Source of the DNA: an uncultured Dehalococcoidales bacterium
Lineage (GTDB): Bacteria > Chloroflexota > Dehalococcoidia > Dehalococcoidales > Fen-1064
Length of the DNA: 63,564 nucleotides
Direction of reading: 5' to 3'
Assembly: GCA_964611805.1 (NCBI GenBank)
Contig: CAZTBG010000001.1
Location: 1 to 63,564, forward strand
The position numbers and the translations under genes are program-made. Positions 18,471 through 27,352 of this stretch are shown here, piece after piece. The notes beneath the pieces were generated by a model. It was not told the origin of the DNA. It saw nothing but the letters and a program-made list of their open reading frames with translations, and did no database searches. Positions within the stretch are counted from its first letter, which is position 1. The number at the start of each line of letters is the position of its first letter.

Positions 18471-18782
18471 ATGTCGGTAGGTCTGGAACATTACCTCGTG
18501 CTCTCGGCTATCCTGTTCGCCATCGGCCTGTACGGGGCACTGTCCAAGCGCAACACAATCGCTATCTTGCTGTGCATTGAGATTATGCTCAATGCAGTTA
18601 ATATCGCCCTGGTCGCCTTCTCCCGGTTTGTCGCTCCTCAAATGCTGACAGGACAGGTCTTTGTCATTTTCATCATGGCCGTGGCGGCTGCCGAAGCAGC
18701 CGTGGGCCTGGCGATAATAATGGCGATATACAGGCGTAAAGGCACGGTTGACCCCACGGAAATAGACTCGATGAAACGGTAG
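18471..18782 (+). CDS. nuoK: NADH-quinone oxidoreductase subunit K
   Basis: 103 aa. [27 protein letters not shown]. Confidence 0.9.
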   Translation: MSVGLEHYLVLSAILFAIGLYGALSKRNTIAILLCIEIMLNAVNIALVAFSRFVAPQMLTGQVFVIFIMAVAAAEAAVGLAIIMAIYRRKGTVDPTEIDSMKR

Positions 18783-18983
18783 TTGACTATGTGGGTAGAG
18801 ATTAAGAAAACACCAAACCTGATGATGGCAGAGATGTGGAAGGAGTTCTTCGAAGGGGAGGGAATACCAACACGCATCATGCCAGAGTCCGGCCTGCCCA
18901 TCGGACAGGAACTAACCACCTATCGCATCCTGGTTCCCGAAGACAAAAGACACGTGACTGAAGAGGTACTGAGGAAACTGTAA
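18783..18983 (+). CDS. small DUF2007-like protein between nuoK and nuoL
   Basis: About 64-66 aa (TTG at 18783 or ATG at 18789). AEMWKEFFEGEGIPTRIM..YRILVPEDKRHVTEEVLRKL resembles the DUF2007 pattern. Its stop overlaps the nuoL ATG (TAATG). Confidence 0.55.
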   Translation: MTMWVEIKKTPNLMMAEMWKEFFEGEGIPTRIMPESGLPIGQELTTYRILVPEDKRHVTEEVLRKL

Positions 18984-20944
18984 TGTCAAGCCAAGCTTTC
19001 TGGCTAATCTTCCTGCTGCCAGTAATCTCCTTTGTGCTGATATCGGTGCTGGTCAAGCCCTTTACCAGGCGTGACTCACCGGTGGCAGGATACATCACCA
19101 TCATGGCCATCACCGGCTCAGTCATACTGTCTATCTGGACGCTGGTCGAGGTCATGGGTGCGCCGAACCATGAAATACACGTGCCCGATATCACCTGGGT
19201 GATTATCGGAGACTTCAGCATCAATCTGGGCATTATCATGGATGCCCTGACAGCCGTGATGGTGGTGGTGGTCTCGGTTGTCAGTCTCATGGTACAGATA
19301 TACTCCCTGGGCTATATGGAGCACTTCGTCCATAAGGAGGGAGACACTTATACGCGCTACTACGCCTGGATGTCGCTGTTCACTGCCTCGATGCTCGGTC
19401 TGGTAATCGCCGACAACCTCCTGCTGATGTTCGTCTTCTGGGAGATGGTGGGACTGTGCTCTTATCTCCTCATCGGGTACTGGTTCCACAAGCCGTCGGC
19501 GGCTAACGCTGCCAAGAAGGCCTTTATCGTCACCCGATTCGGCGACTTCGGCTTCCTGATAGCTATCCTAGTGCTTTATGCCAATACAGGCACATTTGAT
19601 ACTGCTCAAATAAGCGAGATGGCGGCGACTGGTTTTCTTGCCGGCGGGACACTTACCTGGGCATGCATCGGCATCTTCTCCGGCGCAATGGGCAAATCGG
19701 CGCAGTTCCCGCTCCATGTCTGGCTGCCTGACGCTATGGAAGGCCCAACCCCGGTCAGCGCCCTCATCCATTCGGCGACAATGGTCTCGGCAGGCGTTTT
19801 CCTCGTGGCCCGCACCTTTCCGATATTCGCTCACTCAATCGAGGCCGTTACACTGGTGGCTTCCATTGGAGGTTTTACTGCAATATTCGCCGCCTCGATG
19901 GGCCTGGTAATGAACGACATCAAGCGGGTGCTGGCTTACTCTACCATCAGCCAGCTTGGCTACATGATGCTGGCACTGGGAGCAGCCGGTATCGCACTTA
20001 ACCACGAGGGAAACATTACCATTGAGGCCGCCAAGGCGGCCGTTGCCATCGGTATCTTCCACCTGTTCACCCACGCTTTCTTCAAGTCATTGCTGTTTCT
20101 TGGCGCCGGTAGCGTCAATCACGCCACCGGTACATTCGACATGCGTATCATGGGAGGCCTACGTAAAGTGATGCCCTGGACGTATATTACATTCCTCCTC
20201 GGCTCGTTGAGTCTGGCTGGTATCTGGCCGCTGGCAGGCTTCTGGAGCAAGGACGAAATCCTCCTGACTGCCCTGGAAGGCAACCGTTTCCTGCACGCTC
20301 TGGCAATGATTACCGTCTTCATGACAGCCTTTTATATGTTCCGTGTAATATTTATGACCTTCCACGGGGAGTATCGCGGCGGTGAATCGAAGGAGTACAG
20401 CCATCCCCACGAATCATCGAAGGTTATGGTACTGCCGCTGGTATTTCTTGCTATCCTGGCAGTTGTGGCCGGGTGGTGGAATATCGGTGGAGACTTCAGC
20501 CAGTTCATGGGGCATGGTGAGCCGACATCGTTCGGGGCGAGATTTTTTGGAATTTTCGCCGAGTCACCATGGCCTATCATATCGTTGCTGCTGGCGTTGG
20601 CCGGTATCGGGCTTGCCTACCTGATGTACGGCTCGAAGCGGATTTCAGCAGAGCAAATCGGCGCCCGCTTCAAACTGCTCTACAACACCCTGATTAACAA
20701 GTACTGGTTCGATGAATTATACGAGAACATCATCGTGAAGAAGGCCCTGCTCGGCGGAATCTTCGCCAGATTCCAGGAAATGGACAGCAACGGCGTTGAT
20801 GGTGTGGTGAACGGCGTAGCCGGAGGCACCTTCGGCAGTGGTAATGTTATCCGACGACTGCAGACAGGACAGCTCCAGCTGTATGGGCTGTTTATCGGGC
20901 TGGGGGCAGCGGTGATTGCCATCGTCCTCTTTATCGTCGGATGA
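18983..20944 (+). CDS. nuoL: NADH-quinone oxidoreductase subunit L
   Basis: 653-aa antiporter-like subunit. WEMVGLCSYLLIGYW and KSAQFPLHVWLPDAMEGPTPVSALIHSATMV. Confidence 0.95.
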   Translation: MSSQAFWLIFLLPVISFVLISVLVKPFTRRDSPVAGYITIMAITGSVILSIWTLVEVMGAPNHEIHVPDITWVIIGDFSINLGIIMDALTAVMVVVVSVVSLMVQIYSLGYMEHFVHKEGDTYTRYYAWMSLFTASMLGLVIADNLLLMFVFWEMVGLCSYLLIGYWFHKPSAANAAKKAFIVTRFGDFGFLIAILVLYANTGTFDTAQISEMAATGFLAGGTLTWACIGIFSGAMGKSAQFPLHVWLPDAMEGPTPVSALIHSATMVSAGVFLVARTFPIFAHSIEAVTLVASIGGFTAIFAASMGLVMNDIKRVLAYSTISQLGYMMLALGAAGIALNHEGNITIEAAKAAVAIGIFHLFTHAFFKSLLFLGAGSVNHATGTFDMRIMGGLRKVMPWTYITFLLGSLSLAGIWPLAGFWSKDEILLTALEGNRFLHALAMITVFMTAFYMFRVIFMTFHGEYRGGESKEYSHPHESSKVMVLPLVFLAILAVVAGWWNIGGDFSQFMGHGEPTSFGARFFGIFAESPWPIISLLLALAGIGLAYLMYGSKRISAEQIGARFKLLYNTLINKYWFDELYENIIVKKALLGGIFARFQEMDSNGVDGVVNGVAGGTFGSGNVIRRLQTGQLQLYGLFIGLGAAVIAIVLFIVG

Positions 20945-21017
20945 ATAAGCTAAAAAGACCACGGGGCCAGGCCCCGTTCAATTGAGAATAATAGAAATCG
21001 GATAGGAGTTAAGAGGC

Positions 21018-22502
21018 TTGGATTCGGGTTGGCTGCTAGCCATCATCCTGCTACCGGTTGCGGGGTCGATACTGATTGCGTTTATACCCGGTCTCTCCGA
21101 GAGGCTCATCAGGTATATCGCCGCTCTCTTTACCCTGGCGTCTTTGATACTGGCGGTAGTTGTCTTCGCCGGTTTCGACCGGTCAATAGGTGGATATCAG
21201 TACGAGCTGAAGGCGTCGTGGATTCAGGCAATCAATGCCAACTTCCACCTGGGAGTGGATGGGCTGAGCCTGCCGCTGGTGCTGTTGACCGCCTTCCTCG
21301 GATTCATGGTGGTCCTCATTTCGTGGAAGATTCATGAGAGAGTACGTGAGTACTTCGCCTGGCTGCTCCTGCTGGAGACGAGTATCCTTGGCGTCTTCTG
21401 CTCGCTCGACCTGCTGCTCTTCTTCATCTTCTGGGAAATAGAGGTTATCCCGATGTACTTCCTCATCTCGATATGGGGAACGGGACGTCGCGAGTACTCG
21501 TCAATCAAGTACGTTCTCTATACCCTGTTCGGCAGCGCCTTCATGCTGGCCGGTATCCTCAGCCTCTACTTCACCACCGGCAGCCTCAGCATGGTGGATA
21601 TCTCCGAAGGCGGGCTGGCCATGGTACAGTCCATCATGCCGGCGTCAATCATCTTCTGGCTGCTCATTATCGGCTTTGCCGTCAAGCTACCGGTCTTTCC
21701 ACTGCACACCTGGTTGCCGGATGCCCATACCGATGCCCCGACCGCCGGCAGTGTTATGCTGGCCGGGGCGCTCATCAAGATGGGCGGCTACGGGATGATT
21801 CGTGTCTGCGTGAGTATCTTCCCCAATGTTGCCCAAGACTTTGCGCCGCTGTTGCTGACTCTGGCCGTCATCAGTGTGCTCTACGGAGCAGCCCTCACGC
21901 TGCGCCAGACCGACCTGAAACGGATGATTGCCTACAGCAGCGTCAGTCACATGGGCTTCGTGCTGCTGGGTATCTTTGCCCTGGGTGAGGTAAGCCTTAC
22001 CGGCGCCGGTCTTCAAATGGTCAGCCACGGTTTACTTACGGGACTGCTATTTGCCATGGCTGGCCTGACGATGCACAACGTTGAAGAACGTGACCTGAGA
22101 AAGCTCGGAGGACTGGCCCGGCAGATGCCGGTTATCGCTGTTGTCTTCTCAATTGCCGGACTCGGTTCACTGGGACTGCCGCTGACCAGCGGCTTTGCCG
22201 CCGAGTTCATCACCTTCTCTGGAGCCTTTTCCAGCACTGTCGTCGGCGGTGTCCAGGTCTATACACTGCTGGCAGTGCTGGGCGTGGTCCTGGCTGCCGG
22301 CTACATCCTGTGGATGCTACAGCGGACATTCTACGGGCCGGTGCTGGAGCAGTATAACGGGGTCAAGGACGCGGACAATCTGGAGAAGGTCTACATGTTC
22401 TCCTTTGTCATCCTGATTCTGCTGGTCGGGATTTACCCGGCAATACTGACCAATGTTATTAAGCTCGGCATTTCGCCGATAGCGAGTTTGATAGGTGGCT
22501 AG
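21018..22502 (+). CDS. nuoM: NADH-quinone oxidoreductase subunit M
   Basis: 494 aa. FWEIEVIPMYFLI and KLPVFPLHTWLPDAHTDAPTAGSVMLAG. Confidence 0.95.
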   Translation: MDSGWLLAIILLPVAGSILIAFIPGLSERLIRYIAALFTLASLILAVVVFAGFDRSIGGYQYELKASWIQAINANFHLGVDGLSLPLVLLTAFLGFMVVLISWKIHERVREYFAWLLLLETSILGVFCSLDLLLFFIFWEIEVIPMYFLISIWGTGRREYSSIKYVLYTLFGSAFMLAGILSLYFTTGSLSMVDISEGGLAMVQSIMPASIIFWLLIIGFAVKLPVFPLHTWLPDAHTDAPTAGSVMLAGALIKMGGYGMIRVCVSIFPNVAQDFAPLLLTLAVISVLYGAALTLRQTDLKRMIAYSSVSHMGFVLLGIFALGEVSLTGAGLQMVSHGLLTGLLFAMAGLTMHNVEERDLRKLGGLARQMPVIAVVFSIAGLGSLGLPLTSGFAAEFITFSGAFSSTVVGGVQVYTLLAVLGVVLAAGYILWMLQRTFYGPVLEQYNGVKDADNLEKVYMFSFVILILLVGIYPAILTNVIKLGISPIASLIGG

Positions 22503-22516
22503 CATAGGAGTAGACC

Positions 22517-23977
22517 TTGAACTTTGAGCTGTTAGCACCGGAAATTAGTTTGGTAGCAACGGCTGTGGCCGTAATCCTGCTGGACCTGTTTGTCCAGCGA
22601 AAGGGACTGCTGGCGATTGTCAGCATTATCGGTCTGGCAGTATCTGCCGGATTCACCATCGTCATGTACGGCGAGCCTTCACGTACCATCTTCAACAACA
22701 CTCTGGCAGTGGACAACTTTGCTCTATTCTTCAAGCTGCTCTTCCTGGGAATTACCGCCCTGGTAATTCTGGCCTCAGTCGATTATGTATCGAAGTTTGA
22801 GCGTTTCCGGGGTGAATACCATGCGCTGCTAGTGCTGTCGGCGCTGGGCATGCTGCTGATGGCGACTGCCACCGAGCTTATTACTATCTACGTCTCCCTG
22901 GAACTGGCAAGTATCTCGCTCTATATCCTGGCCGGTTTCCTCAAGAACCCCAAGTCGAGCGAGGCCTCGATGAAGTACCTGCTACTGGGTGCCACCGCCT
23001 CAGCGGTGCTCCTCTACGGAATGGCACTCGTCTTCGGCACCACCGGCACAACGCAACTGGGTGAAATCGCCCAGCGGGTCCAGACCCTCGGTGTACAGGG
23101 AGTCATCGATAATCCGGCCCTTATTCTGGGTATTGTCCTGCTGATAGCCGGTTTCGGATTCAAGATTGCCGCCGTGCCCTTCCAGATGTGGGTACCTGAC
23201 GTTTATGAAGGTGCCCCAACCCCGATAACTGCCTATCTTTCTGTAGCGAGTAAGGCGGCTGGCTTTGCCATCATTCTCCGCATTTTCAGTACTGCCTTCG
23301 GCCTCCCCAACTGGCTGAGCCTGGACTGGGGTGTTATCTTCGCGGTATTAGCGGCTATCGGTATGACGGTGGGTAATCTCTCGGCGTTGCCGCAGACCAA
23401 TATCAAGCGTATGTTCGGTTACTCCAGCATTGCCCAGGCGGGCTATCTTATGGTCGGGCTGGCAGCCATGGGCATGGCATCAGCCGGTGCAACCATCGGG
23501 CAGAGCACCATCCTCTTTTTCCTGCTGAGCTACGCGGTAGCCAACATGGGGGCCTTTATCGCCATCATCGCCATCACCAACAAGATTGACAGTGACCTCA
23601 TCCAAGACTTTTCCGGAATAGCCAAGCGGTCGCCGCTGATGGCGCTGGGGCTGACCGTCTGTCTGGTATCGCTGATAGGTATGCCACCGGCAGCGGGCTT
23701 CATGGCCAAGTTCTACATCTTCGGCGGGGCAGTACAGAACGGGCTGCTCTGGCTGGTCATCATCGCCGTGCTCAACAGCGTCATATCCGCCTTTTACTAT
23801 CTGCGCGTTGTCAAGGTGATGTGGCTCGGTGAACCGGCATCGACGGAGAAGGTGCCCTCCTCGGCAGCATTACGATTAGCCCTGACGCTCACCTCTCTCG
23901 GCGTCCTGGGACTGTTTATCTTTGCCGACCCCATCATAAAGGCAGCCGAAGCCGCCGCCAAGATGTTCGGGTCTTAG
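22517..23977 (+). CDS. nuoN: NADH-quinone oxidoreductase subunit N
   Basis: 486 aa. FKIAAVPFQMWVPDVYEGAPTPITAYLS. Last gene of the operon. Confidence 0.95.
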   Translation: MNFELLAPEISLVATAVAVILLDLFVQRKGLLAIVSIIGLAVSAGFTIVMYGEPSRTIFNNTLAVDNFALFFKLLFLGITALVILASVDYVSKFERFRGEYHALLVLSALGMLLMATATELITIYVSLELASISLYILAGFLKNPKSSEASMKYLLLGATASAVLLYGMALVFGTTGTTQLGEIAQRVQTLGVQGVIDNPALILGIVLLIAGFGFKIAAVPFQMWVPDVYEGAPTPITAYLSVASKAAGFAIILRIFSTAFGLPNWLSLDWGVIFAVLAAIGMTVGNLSALPQTNIKRMFGYSSIAQAGYLMVGLAAMGMASAGATIGQSTILFFLLSYAVANMGAFIAIIAITNKIDSDLIQDFSGIAKRSPLMALGLTVCLVSLIGMPPAAGFMAKFYIFGGAVQNGLLWLVIIAVLNSVISAFYYLRVVKVMWLGEPASTEKVPSSAALRLALTLTSLGVLGLFIFADPIIKAAEAAAKMFGS

Positions 23978-24090
23978 CCAAAGATTTTCTCCTTGAAACC
24001 TGCATAAACCTCTGTATATTCGTATGCCCAAATGCACGATGCTCGCAATATGGGATTTTTCTTATCTAACTCACCCCATATCTCACAAAT

Positions 24091-24188
24091 CCTCCCCCTC
24101 GGTCCCCTTCAGGGTGAACCCCTCCTTTGCTAAAGGAGGGGGAAGAAATAAGAAAAGAGGGGCTGGCGCCCCTCTTCAACACCCCGCT
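24091..24188. repeat. family-1-type double-hairpin repeat
   Basis: cccctcctttgc-taa-aggagggg hairpin, then aagaggggct-ggc-gcccctctt. It shares the cttcagggtgaaccc segment with the 4692 copy. Confidence 0.7.
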
Positions 24189-24305
24189 AATAAATTTCAA
24201 CTAAAGCCCCAGCCCTAACAGCGGGCACCTTTCAAGGTGCGAATGCCCCCTGCCAAAGAAATGGCCCCACACCGTTTTGGGGAGTCAAAGAGGGGTGAAA
24301 TCCAA

Positions 24306-24384
24306 ATCCCTCTCGGTCTCCCTTTGTTAAAGGGAGATGAAATGTGTGTTTCCCCCTTTGAAAAAGGGGGATTAAGGGGGATTT
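24306..24384. repeat. family-1b double-hairpin repeat (TCTCCCTTT..AAGGGAGA + TCCCCCTTT..AAAGGGGGA)
   Basis: atccctctcggtctcccttt-gtta-aagggaga...tttcccccttt-gaaaa-agggggattaagggggattt. A near-duplicate lies at 36490-36565. Confidence 0.8.
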
Positions 24385-24678
24385 AAACGAGGCATCCCCC
24401 TTTACAAGATTCCTGAAGCACCCGTCTAGCAGCATAATCGAACTCTTTCACAGAGACAGGTTAACCTTGTACAACTCATAAATTGTCATCCAAGGTCAAA
24501 ATGTGTTACATTCTGAAGAGAATGTGCAACCACCTGTGCAGAACAACACCACCAGCCATTTACCCACCGGATGGCGTGAGATTACCTCTGGTATTGGAAA
24601 AGCTAAATGTTGAGCAATGAGCAATTTTGCTGGAGTCAGCAAGGCAGAGAAAATAAATTACACTGAAAGGAGTTTGGT

Positions 24679-25914
24679 ATGGTCTCAAAGGAAGCAGAGA
24701 ATTTAGAAGCACTGAGAGAAGAGGTTCGGGCATTTCTACGTGAGAACCTGCCCGAGAAGTGGGGAACACCGGCATATGAGGCACCGGAACAGGGTAGCGA
24801 GGAAGCAATTGCCCTGAGCAAATCTTTTACTAGGAAGCTGTATGACGCCGGCTATACCGGATTCGGCGTTCCCGCCGCGTACGGTGGCGTAGAACGACCA
24901 CGAGAGGAGATAGCAGTCATCCGCGAGGAGCTCAGACGCCAGGGGATACCAATGCCATTCGTTGGTCTCGGACGAGTGGTCGTCGACACACTACTACAGT
25001 GGGGTACGGAGGAGCAAAAGAAACGCTTCATCCCCGGGATACTGAGTGGCGAAGTCCACTGGATTGAGGGTTTGTCCGAACCCAACGCCGGTTCTGACCT
25101 GGCCGGTGTCCAGACCACCGCTGTCAGGGACGGCGATGAGTGGGTGATAAACGGGCAGAAGGTCTGGACCAGTGGCTGGGACTATGGGGAATGGGGCTTC
25201 TTGTTGTGCAGAACAGACGTGAATGCCCCGCGGCACCGCAACCTGAGCTTCCTTCTCTTTGACTGTTCTACGCCCGGCTTCAGTCGAAGGCCATTGCTCC
25301 AGATGACTGGTGAAGCCCATGCCCAGTACGGCGAACTGTTCTTCGACGACATGCGCGTCCCCCACGAGAACATGGTAGGGGAAGAAGGCAGAGGCTGGTA
25401 TGTCACTATGACGACCCTGATTGCGGAGAGGGGTGGAGGCCAGGTATCCGCAGCCTCCGGCGAGACTGGTGGAATGGGTATGGGCCTGTTTGGTGCAAGG
25501 ACCATAGGTGGTGTTGACAGTCTGATTGAGCTCGCCAGGAAGACCAAGCACTATGGTCAGACGGCCTGGGACGATGTCAGTTTCCGCAGGAGAATAGCCC
25601 AGCTCGCCATTGAGAACGAGGCTATGAGGGCTTATGGTATGCGCCTCGGCAAGATGATTATGAGTGGGTCCGCCTCCGGAAATGAAGCCTCGATGGCGAA
25701 ATTGACCTGGACCGAACAGGGCAAACGGCGGGGAGACATGGTGTGTGAAATCATTGGGGCTTACTCCCAGTTGATGAGGGGTGACCCAAGGGCAGTAGAT
25801 AATGGTGACCTTGTTTTCAGTATGCTCATGTCACGGGGTACCACTATATTCATGGGGACCTCGGAGATATGCCGCAATATTCTCGCCGAGAGGATACTGG
25901 GGCTACCCAGATGA
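24679..25914 (+). CDS. acyl-CoA dehydrogenase family protein
   Basis: 411 aa. LSEPNAGSDLAGVQTTA, INGQKVWTSG and C-terminal IFMGTSEICRNILAERILGLP. AAAGGAG RBS. Confidence 0.9.
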   Translation: MVSKEAENLEALREEVRAFLRENLPEKWGTPAYEAPEQGSEEAIALSKSFTRKLYDAGYTGFGVPAAYGGVERPREEIAVIREELRRQGIPMPFVGLGRVVVDTLLQWGTEEQKKRFIPGILSGEVHWIEGLSEPNAGSDLAGVQTTAVRDGDEWVINGQKVWTSGWDYGEWGFLLCRTDVNAPRHRNLSFLLFDCSTPGFSRRPLLQMTGEAHAQYGELFFDDMRVPHENMVGEEGRGWYVTMTTLIAERGGGQVSAASGETGGMGMGLFGARTIGGVDSLIELARKTKHYGQTAWDDVSFRRRIAQLAIENEAMRAYGMRLGKMIMSGSASGNEASMAKLTWTEQGKRRGDMVCEIIGAYSQLMRGDPRAVDNGDLVFSMLMSRGTTIFMGTSEICRNILAERILGLPR

Positions 25915-25975
25915 TAGTCTGGTGAGATAAAGGGTACAGAATATTGGTCAAGAAGGAATGTAAGGAGCACTAGCT

Positions 25976-27130
25976 ATGGCGATAGAACTCGGTCTCAATG
26001 AAGAACAGTCAATGTTAAAGACGATGGCAAGAGATTTCCTGGCCGCCGAGGCCCCGAAGACGTTTGTACGAGAGATGATGGATGATGAGGTAGGGCATTC
26101 TTCAGAACTGTGGAAAAAGATGGCCGAACTCGGGTGGCAGGGTCTCGTCTTCCCAGAGGAATACGGGGGGGCAGCAATGAATTTTAGAGACCTGACCATA
26201 CTCTGCGAGGAGATGGGGAGGGCCGTAATGCCTGGCCCCTTCTACTCAACCGTGATTCTCGTCGGGCTGCCTATTCTCGATTTCGGTACTGATGAACAAA
26301 AAGCGGAATTCCTCCCCAAAATAGCTAATGGTGAGATTGTCTGCACTCTCGCTGCTCTCGAGGAAAGCGGCGACCTGTGGGCGGATGATTTGCATCTCAG
26401 AGCACTACCCCGTGGCGATGGGTATGTCCTCAGTGGCACCAAGTTGTTTGTTACCGATGCTAAGGCTGCGGATTACATGCTTGTTGCTGCCCGTACCAAG
26501 CGCACCCAGAACCCTGAAGAGGGCATCACTCTTTTCATGGTCAAAGCTAAGGAGTGGGGAATATACATAGACAATATGGCTGTCATGGACCTGACCCGGA
26601 AGCAATATGAAGTGGTTTTCACCGATGTACCGGTATCTGCCAGTAGTATCATCGGTGAACTGCATGGAGGCTGGCCCATCCTGCAGCAGATTGCCCTCAA
26701 GGCATCGGCGGTACTGAGTGCCGAGATGGTCGGAGTGGGTGAGATGGCAATGGAAATGACCGTAGCTTACCTGAAGGACAGGATGGCGTTCGGTGTGGTT
26801 ATCGGTTCATTCCAGGCACTCAAGCACAAAGCAGCCGATATGTATGCCGCGATGGAGTACTCGCGCTCATTAATGGAATGGGCAGCCGAGTGTGTCAAAG
26901 AGAATGACCAGGATGCCCCAATGGCTGTCGCCATGGCCAAGAGCCACTGCGGCGATGCGGTCAAGTTTGTCACTGACGCCGGCGTCCAGTTACATGGTGG
27001 CATAGGCTTCACCTGGGACCATGATATGCACCTGTACTTCAAGAGGGGCAGGTACAACGACACCGCCTTCGGTGACAGCAACTATCAAAAAGAGTGGATA
27101 GCCAGGAAACTCGAAGCAAACCTTATGTAA
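25976..27130 (+). CDS. acyl-CoA dehydrogenase family protein (possibly a non-catalytic partner subunit)
   Basis: 384 aa. FPEEYGG, LSGTKLFVTDA and QLHGGIGFTWDHDMHLYFKR. AAGGAG RBS. Confidence 0.85.
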   Translation: MAIELGLNEEQSMLKTMARDFLAAEAPKTFVREMMDDEVGHSSELWKKMAELGWQGLVFPEEYGGAAMNFRDLTILCEEMGRAVMPGPFYSTVILVGLPILDFGTDEQKAEFLPKIANGEIVCTLAALEESGDLWADDLHLRALPRGDGYVLSGTKLFVTDAKAADYMLVAARTKRTQNPEEGITLFMVKAKEWGIYIDNMAVMDLTRKQYEVVFTDVPVSASSIIGELHGGWPILQQIALKASAVLSAEMVGVGEMAMEMTVAYLKDRMAFGVVIGSFQALKHKAADMYAAMEYSRSLMEWAAECVKENDQDAPMAVAMAKSHCGDAVKFVTDAGVQLHGGIGFTWDHDMHLYFKRGRYNDTAFGDSNYQKEWIARKLEANLM

Positions 27131-27352
27131 ACGGGACTCTACGACACGTGTCATTCGTCAACCGGATGGGTGCGCCAGACAACGTCTGGGCTAGTCCTGA
27201 GAACGGCTGAGCAGGCAGACGGGAGGCAGGTTGTTACCGTGGCTGCTGACAGGTTCGTAAAGGACCTGCCCGCCGTCCCTCTATACCATTTGCCCGGGGG
27301 TGTATAATAAGTGTCAATAAACTGACACTATCAAGCCTATTCGGAGACCAAA

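Noticed and set aside
20957-20977. Hairpin ACGGGGC-CAG-GCCCCGT between nuoL and nuoM as a terminator.
   Set aside because: No U-tract follows it, and it sits inside an operon whose downstream genes are essential subunits. At most it is an mRNA-stability element, and the evidence is too weak to call.
24091-24384. Possibility that the clustered GC-rich repeats (also at 36269-36565) are a CRISPR array.
   Set aside because: The units belong to different subtypes. They are not regularly spaced, have no uniform spacers, occur singly across the window, and no cas genes are present.
24024-24435. ORFs 24024-24218 and 24232-24435, and similarly 4491-4787, 36253-36489 and 54257-54526.
   Set aside because: Their sequences are translations of the dispersed hairpin repeats (peptides such as PLKKGKGE and HCEEHSDEAI), so they are not genes.
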